Shown: positions 12,726-25,121, counted from the whole stretch's first letter. The stretch is 63,693 nt of DNA, filler included, from Reticulomyxa filosa (GCA_000512085.1; 23 parts of 23 records of this genome joined end to end with filler, not necessarily neighbours in it); one strand, 5' to 3'. The notes: a model not told the origin generated them from the letters alone. Numbers and translations: made by a program.

Positions 12726-14643
12726 TATAATACTTCTTTCGATATTTTATAGTATAAAGCTTACATAAATTGATTTTATAAAAAACAGAACCCTTGATAA
12801 AAAGTAAAAAGAAATTAAATCACCAGAATTAATAATTCAGTCAAAATTAAAGCGATTTACGTCATTTGTTACCAATATCAATGATTTTTCATCAATATAT
12901 ATTATGTAATCATCAAAAAGACTATTTATTCAAATCACAAGGTTACGTGAACTTGTGACCATTTTCAGAATTGATGATATCATTTGCGATTTTTATAAAT
13001 ATTTCTCGCAACGAGACTTAGAACTTGACCCTTCGACAAACGGCCATAAATCACAATAATTATAAATATCTCAGTCACCATTTTCTTTTAACTCCTTCGT
13101 TTTATCAGTTTCTATCAATGTGCTCAAAATCTTATTCACTAAACATTTCTTTTTTTTTTATATATAATTTCAATTGTCATTATAATGAAATAACAAACAG
13201 TCAACCGAACTTTAGTAATGAAATCTCTCATTATTCATTTACTTATTTATTTGGTTTCTCGTTGCACATACACTTTTCAATTTAGCACTTTAAAAAAAAA
13301 ACAACAACAAAAAAAAGGTATATTGATTGATTAGTATGTGTTTTTGCTTTATCATTCATACTTTGGCTCTGGCAGTGTCAATGGATCCTAATGTGATTTG
13401 TACAATCCTTTCTTTAGAATGCTGGGACTGTGCAAACATCGTCTTGATTTCAGTTGATATTTTTCAGGAATTTGTATTTGTGATAAACATTGAGAAAATT
13501 TTCTCAAAAAAAATGAGTAACTAAAAAGGTCAGTGCCAAGGGCCTTTAAGAACTTTTACAAGTTCAGTTTAACTATTTTGTGTTCGTTTTCTTTTTATTA
13601 TGAAAGTAAGAAAAGATTTAAAAAGCTGTCTAAGTTAAATGTTTTTTTTTGTATGAGTTAAAATGATTACAATTAACATAGATTGTCCTGAAGTGATCTT
13701 CAACCCAACGGCATCGAAGCTTTCGCTAATTAATGATAAGATTTGTCTGAACTCGTTCAACTATTTTTTATTTTTTTTTATTAAGAGGAAATCAAATTAA
13801 TTGTTTGTTTGTTTATTATAATAGAAATAATTTACAATATGATTTTTCTAATTTTAAAAAAAATCGATTGTGTTTGACATTGACAATTCAAATCAATTTT
13901 GAATTATTTAGGATGGTGAACAAATTAATTATAGATTTCAATGTAAAGTTGCAAACATTGGAATTATTTTTTATAGTTCCTTTTTTTTTTTAATTATTTA
14001 TCATCAACTATTTTTCTCCAAATGCAGCCTTTGTTGTGCTGCAGTATATGTAAAAATTGAAGTAACTACATTACTTCGTTGATCATTTCAGTTTTAAAAA
14101 ATTGACATACATTATCAATAATTTTTAATTATTCTGAAAAAGCGGAAAAAATATCAGTTCTAATTGCAATAACATAAAATTCAAGCAAACAATCGGCCTG
14201 CATGCAAACATGGTATCGATTTATGCAAACTTTAAACGACTAATTTTATTATGTTAGAAAAGTTTAACTTAGATGCCCACCTTTCCATAAATTATATTGG
14301 AAAAAACTTGATGTCTATTTGAGTGACCAGTCTACTGTCGGTAAGAAAGCGTTTGTGCAAATTGAAATGCAAAAGAAAAAAATATTCATTTGACATAAAG
14401 TAAAAATTAAACAAAATTATTAAAGATTTGATTTCTTATAAAAGCTCAATGCTCCATTTTACAGAAAATGGAGTATCTTTCCGACAACCCATGAGATGAA
14501 CTGCATCTATTTGAAAACGTAAATATAAAAGTGGATTTTCTGCNNNNNNNNNNNNNNNNNNNNNNNNNNNNNNNNNNNNNNNNNNNNTTAATTAATTAAN
14601 NNNNNNNNNNNNNNNNNNNNNNNNNNNNNNNNNNNNNNNNNNN

Positions 14644-16950
14644 TTCATTGACTAATTTGTCCAATAAGTTGATAACCATTCATCATTATCATATTTTTCG
14701 CATTGCCTTTGTCGATGTCAACAATTACTTGATCGATATTGGATTGCTCGTAGAAGCAGCATCATTTGTATTGGTATCTTGTTGTTTGGAATTCATATTC
14801 ACAGCTACATGATAAATGGCCATATAATAAAAATGAAGATATTTCATCTTGAATTTTCCATACTTGTTGCAGCTACTTTCTATTCTATTGATAGACAAAC
14901 AAATTGTGTGATATCACACCACTCACAAATGTTTCAAATGTAAAACATAGAATTACAAAAATACCACTGCCTTTAAAGTCGAATTTCAAAATACTGCCAT
15001 CGTCATTGCCCTGATCATCTTTGTAGTATATGGGTAGCGACTGTGTTCAGAAGGACGCTTCTTCTTCGATAACAAGATTGAGCTATATGGAATTTGACTG
15101 TATGATTTGTCACCAACAACAACCATTGTTTACTTGTGTTTCGCTAATGGAGGCAACGTTTGGTTCATAAACATATCCCTGCATCGAATGTTGATTACGT
15201 ATTGATTTTTGTTCGATATTGCTTGCTTGTAGTTACATGGTCCAACTGTTTGAAACAAAAAATCAAACATTTTCAATGATGTAATACAATTGATATTGGA
15301 ATCGAAGATTATACCATAATTATGATCGACCAAGTTTTTACAATTTGTGCATATAATGCAACCGCAATTTATATTTGATTGTTGCAAATATCATTGTAGC
15401 GCAGATTGTTTTTTCATTGAATTCACCACTACGACAACCCTTCATATATCGACAAGATCACAGACAATGTTGCCAAAATCTTTGCTTGCAATGTGAAGAA
15501 GATACATATTGTAAATTCTTCAATATGTAGTAATCATGGCCACACAAAAATCTTGGATTGTGACTGCCCAACTTGAACAATGATATCGTGCCATCCTATA
15601 AATAAGTCCAACCATTCATGAGGCTCGTATACTGGACCATTATTGATCTGTAGCACAACATAAAAAAAATAGTTTGCACAAGCCAATTCAAGATGTTCAT
15701 ATTATAAAAATGTATGTTAACAAAAATATACTTAGTAAACTTTGAACTGCCATGTCTTGAATCTTGATCCAAACTTCTCCTTTTTGCGGTTCCATTTCTG
15801 TTTATATACGTATGTTTATAAATTTATTTTTAAAAAATAAACAAATAAAAAAAAATTACTTAACGTTGTCTTTTGAGGCATAGCCTCACAATAAATAAAA
15901 TAAAAATTTATTTTTCAATTATTATTTTTTTTCCATTTATTCTTTTTTTTTCTTTTATTCTTTTTTTTTTTCTTTTATTTATTCTTTTTTCTTTCACTTA
16001 ATAAAAATTTTTTTCTTTTTCTTTTTCTATTATTTTTTTTCTTATCAACCTTTTTTTTTTCTTTTTTATTATTCCATTTTTTTTTTTCTTTTTTATTATT
16101 CCATTTTTTTTTCTTTTTTATTATTCCATTTTTTTTTTTCTTATTATATACTTTTTTTCCCCCCCTTATTTTTTCCCTCTTTCCCCTATTTTTTTTTCCA
16201 AACCATTAAAATTGCAGGATCCTGGACATCTATACGTACACATCAAACAAAGTTATCTTTTTTATTTATCAAAAAACAAATAAAAGAATACATATACCTG
16301 GACAGTGGAGCTCGAGCTCCAATTCTATTTTTTTCTTTCAAAAAAAATTCACTTTTTTTTTTGTTTTGTTTTGGGGGAGGGGGAAAAAAAAATAAAAATA
16401 AAAATAAAAAATATATATCCATCTTGGGGGAATTCCTATTATACACAAACAAACAATCACACCATGTAAAAAGAAAAAAATGAGAATATAAAAATACAAA
16501 CCTGGTTTTCTCCTTTCGGAGACGGGGTGGAGTTCAACCCCTATTATTCTTTTTTTTGGTGTGTGGTAGGGAACTGGTACGAAGGAGAGATCTTGGGGAT
16601 GGTAGAATGTCTATATTCAAACAAACAACAAGTTAATATATTTGTTTATAAGAAAAAAAAAAGAGAAACAAACCATGTTTGCTCCTTTCGGAGACGGGGT
16701 GGATTCTACCCCCTTATCTTTTTTTTTTCTTTTGTCTTTGTGTTGCCTATTTAAAAAAAAAACACAAACAAACATATTTATTATTTGGACAGACAAAAAA
16801 TAAATAGATTTTGTTACAGATTTATTACCTTGGTTTGTGGACGTTGCGCTTATAATTACCACCACCCGCGCACTCCATACTTCCATCTTCATTTCTTCGT
16901 TGCCATTGTCATCGTTGACATTGCCATCGTTGTCATCACCATTATTGCCG
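14644..16950 (-). pseudogene. Multi-exon gene of unknown function with micro-exons; 3' part broken by stops/frameshifts
   Basis: GC-richer islands bounded by AG and GT on the minus strand. The downstream coding-like sequence has no continuous frame (decay or low-quality sequence). Confidence 0.5.
15890..16200. repeat. Low-complexity tandem T-rich repeat (TTTTATTATTCCATTTTTTTTC-like)
   Basis: Several imperfect tandem copies are visible; it lies inside an inferred intron. Confidence 0.75.
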
Positions 16951-17867
16951 TCCTGTTAAATTTTTTTTCATAATACACCACACAACATTTACACTGACAC
17001 ATCATAATGTCACAATTTTTGTTAAAAGTAGTTTTGTAAAAAAAAAAAGTATGTATATCTGTTTTTAATTTATACTTCTTCACAAAATAGATAACGTATA
17101 AAAAATAATGTACCTCTTTATTGTTTTGCGCCGTTGATGATTGGCGACTTATTATGTTTGAGACAGCACCATATCAAAATTTGTTTGTGNNNNNNNNNNN
17201 NNNNNNNNNNNNNNNNNNNNNNNNNNNNNNNNNTTAATTAATTAANNNNNNNNNNNNNNNNNNNNNNNNNNNNNNNNNNNNNNNNNNNNTTCTTTTCTTA
17301 ACATTTTTTTTGTTATTTTATAATTAATTTTTTTAAAGGGTTAGTTGAAGCGTTTGCTGTTGTTTGCTTTAGCTGCATTTGTGAATAATTTAACTAGTGT
17401 AATGTTTTTTTGTTGTTATTTGGTGTTTTTAGCTTTGTACATTTAGTTTATTTGATTACCTGATTTTTATGTGTCAAGTGATATCATCATTAAATTTTTT
17501 TTTGTAAAATGGAACTAATACTATTTAAGAGTTTGCGCATACATTTGCGTGCATAATGATAAAGTAGATATATCATGTGTACAAAAGTTTGACAAAGAAA
17601 ACCAGAAAGTAATAATTGAAGAATTTAAGCAACGAATGTTTGCATGAACTCACAAATGATTTTTTTAAAAACGATCTTCAACCACATTCAGTGCTTGATA
17701 TTATAAACTGTTTTCAATAATTTTTTATAAAGCGTCAACTAAGGCATTTAGAAACAAGAAACAGTTAGGCAGAAATTGTTACATTAAGAAGTGTTTATGT
17801 TTATACTTAAAACTATTAACGGAAAACGTTCTTTAAAAAGGGTAGAAAGCGTCTGTATTTTTGAAAA

Positions 17868-19489
17868 ATGATAATTTTTAGATATCATGTAGTTGCAATT
17901 TTTGCGCAGCATTTCTGTTACGAATTTTTTTGGTGTTTTATGGAGAATATTTTGCGCCACCAGGTGTAAGTTACACGGATGTGGATTACTACGTGTTTAC
18001 AGACGCGGCAAGACATATGTATAACGGTGGTTCGCCATTTGAAAGAGAGACCTATCGTTACACCCCATTATTGGCATTAATTCTACAGCCCAACATATGG
18101 TTATCGATTCACTTTGGAAAGCTGCTGTTTGCGGTCTGTGATATGATTGTTGCAGTGTTGATGATGAAGATACTAAATCATTTGCAGTTGTTCCATCCGT
18201 CAAAGCAAATAGCATCATTGCAATGGGTTTGCATCTGTTGGTTATTCAATCCAATTATTTTTCAAGTGTGTGAAAGAAAAGACTCCAAAAACAAAACTTC
18301 ATGATAAGCATGTGAGCATATTATTTCCTAATGATATGAAAAACACAAATGTAACAAAAGAAAGGTTTCAACACGCGGGAGCTGTGATTCGCTAATAGTA
18401 ATGTTGGTTCTGTCAGTGTTTTATTTCATAGTCGTTAAGTACAACATTTGGATCGCAAGCGTGTTGTTCGGATTATCTGTTCATATGAGGATTTATCCTT
18501 TGATCTATGTGTTCGGATTGTTGTTATTCATCTATCATTCATCTAACAAACTCAAACACGTTTTTTATTTTTCCATACTGTCATTCTGTGTCTTTATGGC
18601 ATTAAATATCATTAGCTATTACTACTCATTTCAATCCGATGGTCTATTACATATACATATATATTGTATCTTTATTATAATATCCTAATGTACATTGTAT
18701 GTGTTATAAAACAAACAAACAAAAAATAGGTGTAACAAACAAGTATTTAGAAGAGGCCTGGTTATATCACTTGACTCGCGTAGACACTCAGCATAATTAT
18801 AGTATATATTTTTATTTGTTACGAATGAACTCTTTGTCCGCAAGTGCCAATGCAAATTCTTGCTATGTTTGGAATGTTCCATGGCTCGTGTTCTTTCAAC
18901 AATGCGTTGCATTTTGGCTAAGTCGATTTGCATTTGTTCCGCAATTCGCCATCATTTTGGCCATCAGCTTTCGATATTACTCGTCCTTGCACTTGGTCAT
19001 ATTCCTTACTACTTTTGCATTTGTCACGTACAACAAAGTTTTGCAATTCAATTGCGTTTTTTTTTTCTTTCTCTTGTTTATTTATTTTATTAAAAGTAAA
19101 TGCTGGGACGAATGAACAAAAAGGTTTGCACTGCGCAATACTTTAATTGGTATATTGCAATTCTTCCTTTAATCCTTCCATTTACGTGCACCGAAAAAAT
19201 TGATTGGACAAAAATTTTCTCCCAATTTTGTTCCGATTGGAAGTTACGGCGTTGGTTAATTGGATTTTTCGTTTGCATTATCATGTGGTTTTCGTGCAAT
19301 GGACATTGGCTTTTCTGGGCTTATCGTTATGAGATTTTGAAAAAACATGACGAATTGGTTAACGTTTGGTTTGCAAGTATTGCTTTTTTCATTGTCAACA
19401 ACATATTGATGTTGGGACTGCTGCTTTGTTTTCGCAGTGATAATCTACAACATTTTCCAAAGGTTAACGATCAAAAAAAAAAAGCATAA
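17868..19489 (+). CDS. PIGM: GPI mannosyltransferase I (PIG-M/Gpi14); introns 18266-18364, 18642-18729, 19038-19123
   Basis: YTDVDYYVFTDAA, SPFERETYRYTPLLA, spliced VSTRGSCDS, LSVHMRIYP, YHLTRVDTQHNYSIYFY, NK|VCTAQYF, and a C-terminal KKKA ER-retrieval signal. The start at 17868 needs one extra T in the run at 17899-17903. Confidence 0.93.
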
Positions 19490-19988
19490 TGATCTATATT
19501 ATATAATTCACGCAGTAAAGTCTTTACGCTTGAAAGAAAACAAAAAAAAAACCAGCCTTTCTCCCTCTTCAGAATTTTGTGATATTATGAGATCATTTGC
19601 TCGATCGCTTGTCTGTTTTCACAATTTGCAATTGTTTAATCCAGTGTCTTATTGTGGAAATTTCTTTTTTTAAAAAACAAATAACGCATAAAACCCATTT
19701 CCAAATTGTAACTGAGTTTAGAAAAAAAGTATTTGCTTGTTGAAACATATTTAAATCTATGGATGGACACCTGTCATATTGTTGTTTTTAAGCAAGTGGT
19801 TTTTTCCCACCTGGAGTTGTCCATTTTGAACAAATTCAATGATTTGTTTGACGAAATGGTGCTTCATTCCCTTAAAAAAAAGATACTGTCATCGAAAGGG
19901 ATATTAATCAATTAAAACAATAAAAAAATAACAACAAAAGTCCATAAAACGGAGCTGCTTCATCTCCATTTGCGCTCACGATGAAACA

Positions 19989-20561
19989 TTATGAGTGCAA
20001 GACTTGTTTAAAATCACATACTAAGCACTCATAAAAGATAGTTTGCCCTTCATCTGCATTTCGCAATTGTTTTGCCACATACGCCATCTGTGGAGCATGA
20101 CATTGCGGGCATTCTTCATTGATCATCTTTCGAGACTCTGACTTTGTTTGTTTGAGCAATTTTTCGCGTAACAATTTTTCTGACGTCAACATTGTCCGAT
20201 TTGTCAATTCTGTTTCTGTCTCTTTGTGCTCTGTTGTGCTTGCATCAGTTTCATTTTCAGTATCTTTGTAATGTTTTTTATGATGGCCTTTCTTAGAGCG
20301 ATGCTTTTCCAAACTTGCTTCTTCTTGATTGTTGTGCATTGACATTACTGCATCTTCGTCTTTGGGATGTTCGCTCATTCCATGTGGTTGGATTGCATAT
20401 TCACTATTGAAGCGCTTTGTTGACTGTCTGTCTCGCGAAGCCGCGTGTTCCTGGTACCCGCAAAAACTGCAACATATCTTATTTTCAGAATCAGGTAATT
20501 CTAATATCGAATGGCATTCATTACAAAAGGCAACTTGATCAATATTTGAAGTTTGCCACAT
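19989..20561 (-). CDS. RPA12: RNA polymerase I subunit A12 (two zinc ribbons) with a long linker
   Basis: FCNECHSILELP..CSFCG N-ribbon; ECPQCH..QLRNADEGQTIFYECLVC TFIIS-like C-ribbon. Confidence 0.85.
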   Translation of the reverse strand: MWQTSNIDQVAFCNECHSILELPDSENKICCSFCGYQEHAASRDRQSTKRFNSEYAIQPHGMSEHPKDEDAVMSMHNNQEEASLEKHRSKKGHHKKHYKDTENETDASTTEHKETETELTNRTMLTSEKLLREKLLKQTKSESRKMINEECPQCHAPQMAYVAKQLRNADEGQTIFYECLVCDFKQVLHS

Positions 20562-20815
20562 TATTGGTTTGAGCAATTATTATTATGGTTTATTGATAAA
20601 ATAGTGAAAAAGAACATTACCCTTTTTGTTTTTGTATTAAGGCAAATTTGCTGTTGAAATATAAAGAATAAAATTTTAAAAAATAAATGTAACTCCTATT
20701 TATAAAAGCTGCAAATTTAAGTTCACTTACTCTCAGAATGGTATGACCGAAAAGTTAATCTTTTTGATTCCCCTGCAACGGTAGATAAAGAAGTAACTAT
20801 TTATATTAAAAAAAG

Positions 20816-21580
20816 TCAAACACTAAAGCGTTTTCCAATAAACTCATCAACCCACGTCCATATGTTTTCATCTATTGTATGACCCTTGACGTCTGTGGCC
20901 TTCCACAGAGCATGTTGAAACTTCATATCTTTGCACAAATAGTCCCTCAGTATTTCTCCATATTTCAACTGTACAATCGGATCAAATTTACTGTGGCATA
21001 AGAGTATATGCAGGTTCGTTGCTTTGTCGGTGATCGACTTTTCCTTGTGCAAGCCAAAGTCCAGATTGTATCCACATAAACAAACAACACCCCCTAAACA
21101 TTTGTGAAATCGCAATGATGTGTACACACTCATAGCAGCCCCTTGTGAAAATCCTAGCAACAAGATTCGACTGTATGGAATATTGTGTTCACTGTGTTCT
21201 TGCTCAATAATTCCACTCACATACTCAAAGGATTTATCTTTTCCTTCGTATGTATTCTTACTGCGATCGACCAGGGAAATAATGTCATACCACCCTGTAC
21301 AGGCTTGTTTCCCATTACAAGTTATTGGAATATAAGACGAGGTCAAAAAGACCCATTTCACAAAAGGGTATTTTTTTGGAAGATAAGTTCCGATATTATC
21401 ATGATCCGCAAACCCTCGTCCACTGTCACCCAAACCGTGCAAAACAATTACTGTTGCCGAATGTTTTACTTCTTTTTTAGGTGCGATGATGAACGGCAAT
21501 TTGTAAGGTTTGTACGTAGATGTTTTCTTGATTGCTTCGCTTTTGATTTCAGAATCATTTCCTTGCGATTCCAGTGCCAT
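20816..21580 (-). CDS. Acyl-protein thioesterase / phospholipase-carboxylesterase (abhydrolase_2)
   Basis: LHGLGDSG, WYDI, nucleophile elbow GFSQGAAM, H..FDPIV, GHTI. Confidence 0.92.
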   Translation of the reverse strand: MALESQGNDSEIKSEAIKKTSTYKPYKLPFIIAPKKEVKHSATVIVLHGLGDSGRGFADHDNIGTYLPKKYPFVKWVFLTSSYIPITCNGKQACTGWYDIISLVDRSKNTYEGKDKSFEYVSGIIEQEHSEHNIPYSRILLLGFSQGAAMSVYTSLRFHKCLGGVVCLCGYNLDFGLHKEKSITDKATNLHILLCHSKFDPIVQLKYGEILRDYLCKDMKFQHALWKATDVKGHTIDENIWTWVDEFIGKRFSV

Positions 21581-21942
21581 CTAGAAAATTTAGTTATAGG
21601 ATATCTCCTTTCTTAGAGTTCGACACGTCTTGTAAGTAGTCAGCCCTTTATTGTCTACAAGAAGTTTTTTTTGCTGTATCACTTTCTGTATTGTAATAAA
21701 ACTTGAAGAGAATTTTTTCTTGAATTAATGTAAATATGATATTTAAAAAAGATGGCAAATCTCAAACTACTATAACACCAGTAGATAAGACAACCATTAA
21801 TTTTCACAATAACAAAAATGTGACTTCTTTGCAAAGTGACATAGATTAAATTGTCTTTCCCCCAAGATAAATAATTGAAAATTTAACAAACCCAGCCAAA
21901 AAAAAAAAAAAAAAGAATGTGCATAAATGACTACAGCTTCAA

Positions 21943-22645
21943 TTAATTTTGAACAATGCTTCTATATAAAGATATATAATTGGAAGGGACATAAACTTCG
22001 AATCCGCTTGTCAAAGTTTTCCATTGCTTGTTGTCTTGTGATGTGTTTTCAACTAATTCAGCAAACAATTTTCGAAATTGTAGCAGCATATCGAGTACTT
22101 TTTCTTCAGATATTTCGTCTTTGTTTAGACCCTTCCACTCGTCAAATAGCTGTGTTATATTTGACATCATTCATTTCGTAGATGTTGATGATGGGAAAAA
22201 TCATAAAAACAAAACAAGACAAAAAAAAAAAATGACTTGATCAAATGTTTTTCTTTGTGCAGGAGTCATCAAAGAATTCACCATGTTTTGAAAACCAGTG
22301 TTTCGAAAGGAAAGTTTCGATTTTAATGTTTGGGATTCAGTGCAAGTTTTTCCATTGAAGCCTTTCAAATTTTCGAGAAATACGAAATCATTTGTTTCAT
22401 TTTTCTTTTGCGTTGTTGGCGACTCATTGTTGATCATTGAAATGTAAGTATCGTGTTTGGCAATGCACTTTGGCTGCTGGGGCATTAAGTTTAAGGCTTT
22501 GGTATGTATAATTAGAGACAAGTTCATTTGTGAATTGCGTATTTTTGAGAGTGAAACGATTGGATTTTCCAAATTGATTTTGGTGGATTGATTGGATTCA
22601 TTATTTTTTTGGTTTTCACCGCTTTTACTGTTTTCATTGTTTTCA
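21943..22645 (-). CDS. Hypothetical protein, 3' fragment (at least two exons)
   Basis: Two coding-like ORFs separated by a GT plus T-run intron start; no recognised motif. Confidence 0.4.
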
Positions 22646-22745
22646 NNNNNNNNNNNNNNNNNNNNNNNNNNNNNNNNNNNNNNNNNNNNTTAATTAATTA
22701 ANNNNNNNNNNNNNNNNNNNNNNNNNNNNNNNNNNNNNNNNNNNN

Positions 22746-23046
22746 TATTGGCCGGAGACTCATAAACAAATTTGAATATATATATATATTCAATTTAATT
22801 ACCTCTCAACTGCATTGTCCGAAGATTAGTATCATTTATACTACCTCTCAACCGACACTTGATTAACTTGCGCTGGAGATTAAGTAATGTATGGCATGCA
22901 ATTGCTTCAATAAGTACCTCTCAACGGCCTGACCGTGAGACTCATAGTGATTTTCACTACATCTCAAACGGCCATTTTATGATTATTCTTATTTTTTATT
23001 CTTATTATTATTTTTAATTTATTATTAATGTGGCCGGAGACTCGTA
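22746..23046 (-). repeat. Tandem array of alternating motifs forming conserved stem-loops (candidate structured RNA or ssDNA element)
   Basis: Plus-strand TACCTCTCAAC at 22800, 22842, 22915 and TACATCTCAAAC at 22958 alternate with GGAGACTCRTA-like motifs at 22754, 22821, 22875, 22936 and 23036. Confidence 0.8.
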
Positions 23047-24865
23047 CTGTATGGATTAGCATCAACTTGCATCCATCACATTACCCCTCCGCGCCTTTTG
23101 TCACCATCCTCCACTTCCGCATCCATCTCAATCCACATTTATTCTCTCGTCATCACATCACTATGCGCCAAAACATTTCGACAACAACGACGACTATAAC
23201 AATGATGATGATGATGATCATTATTATTGCAACAGGAACACATTGCGAACAGGAACGAAAATACCAACAATTGCAACATTTAATATCAACTCTGGTTTAT
23301 CTATGTTTATATACGTTTATTTAGTTATTTATTTATTGAAATATTTAAACATTCAAAATGTATTTGTTGTTATCATATTTGAACAAATTAATACATTTTT
23401 TTTTTTTTGTAAACTTACATTTTGACAATGAAATAGAAACAATGAATCTGAAAACAAAAAAAAATTTTATGAAAACAATCTTGAGTCCATTATGACTCTG
23501 ACTGTTTCTGATGTTCCTGACGTTGCTGGCATTTCTATCGTTTTTGGCATTCATAATCATTTTTTTTATCAAATTGATGAAATATTTGACTCTAAAGTCT
23601 AAACTCAATGCGACTGTTGGATTTTTTTAAAATGTAGTCTTCTGACTGATTTTTTATCCAAAATTGGTATCTATTAAAAGATAAAGGATATAGCATCTTT
23701 GATTGTTGGATATTGAATTTAGAGTTGCCATTCCAAAAGTAATAAGATAATAGATTCATTTGTTCATTTTTATTTGTCATTGAAAAAATAACTATTAAAA
23801 ATTCAATTGTTTCTAAGATTGGAGGACATACTGTAACTGAAATAATTGAGTAATTATATAAACAAATTGTGTTTGATATTCAAAACATATAATTTTTATT
23901 CGATGTGCTAATAATTATTGAAAATAAACAATATCTTTTTATCTTTTTATCAAGCAAAGTAAAGATAATTTTATGCAAAAGGCTGACATAAAGTTGTACT
24001 TTTTGTAAATGAGCAAACCAATCAACTCGAATTCGTAGTTGCTACACTATATAAAAAGAGGACAATAATCATGTACATTTGGAATGATGTCAATAAATTG
24101 ATCAAATAATAAAAAAATTTGACAACTTCAATTAAATGATTTCTCACTCTTCATTTCATCAAAATAATTTCAAAGTAATTAAATATTTATTGCTTCAACT
24201 TACAGATTAAAAAAAGGTAGCTCGAGTTTATTATGACTTTGTTCCTTTCGAGTTATTTATGACCACATTATAAAAAATGTTCGTACTCAAAAAATATTCA
24301 AAATATTAAAATATTTATCAAAATTTTTATACAAAAAAACATTGAAAAAAGATTGAAGAAAGAATAAAAAGAAATGTTATACACTTGGCCCTGTTTTTGA
24401 TGAAAATATTCTTTTCAAGAAAAGTTAGATAGGACAATTGAACAACTCTTAAATACTGGTATGTGTCCGTTGCATGGGCATTGATTTTTAAAGGCATTAG
24501 AGAGAAAGCATACGTTAAATTAAAGTATGATTGCAATTGAAATCTTTGCAAACAAAACGAAAAGAGGTCTAGACTAAGAAAAATCATTCTGTGGTATTCA
24601 TTGTAATTTAGTTTTTCAGGAGTGTTTCTTTTTATACTCTTTCTTCAGTACGGATTTTAGTCTTAAAGCATAAAGTTGTATGCAACTCAGTTTTCCAAAA
24701 AAAAAAAAAGAAGCTATATTTCATTAATAGAAATTTAGCAGACAGGATAAAATTATATATTTGTAACTGAAAACTGGCGAATTTTCTGAAATCAAAAAAA
24801 TTGAATACAAATGAAGCACTTCAAAGTGAAGAGAGGTTCCCCAAAAAATAAAAACATCTTTTCCA

Positions 24866-25121
24866 ATGTTTAATTTTGGGGTGAACAATGAAATCCTTGC
24901 CCGAATGGAGTGCAACAGTATGGAGAAAAATTTTCGCATGGCGATGAAGCGAATGTGCGAACAAGGCAATATGACAAAAGACGACTTTGACCGAGCGTTT
25001 GAAGGATCTTTATTAATAAAATGGACAAATCCAGTGTTTTATCCAGAAATGGCGTCTCAAGAGTACCAGTCTTTGCTTACATCATTAATTTGGAAGACCT
25101 TTCAACTGGGTTTAAACTATG
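24866..25121 (+). CDS. Hypothetical protein, first exon
   Basis: Coding-like ORF ending at a GTATTG donor followed by a T-run and the contig end. Confidence 0.45.

Noticed and set aside
16497-16713. Duplicated three-hairpin Pol III small RNA ending in a T-run
   Set aside because: Both copies are bounded by A-rich AG acceptors and GTTTG donors like the confirmed introns and encode the same peptide. Micro-exons are the simpler explanation; kept as a finding in that form.
17109-17170. Extra copy of the stem-loop array motif (GTACCTCT...TGAGAC)
   Set aside because: Partial match only; better explained as a minus-strand AG|GTAC splice donor.
21815-21845. Recurrent TGTGAC/GTCACA as a promoter element
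   Set aside because: About a dozen intergenic hits is near a rough chance expectation for this base composition, and position relative to starts is inconsistent.
22746-23046. CRISPR array or canonical integron attC array
   Set aside because: Repeats are only 11 nt and of two alternating types, spacers are irregular and self-complementary, there is no cas or intI gene, and no GTTRRRY core.
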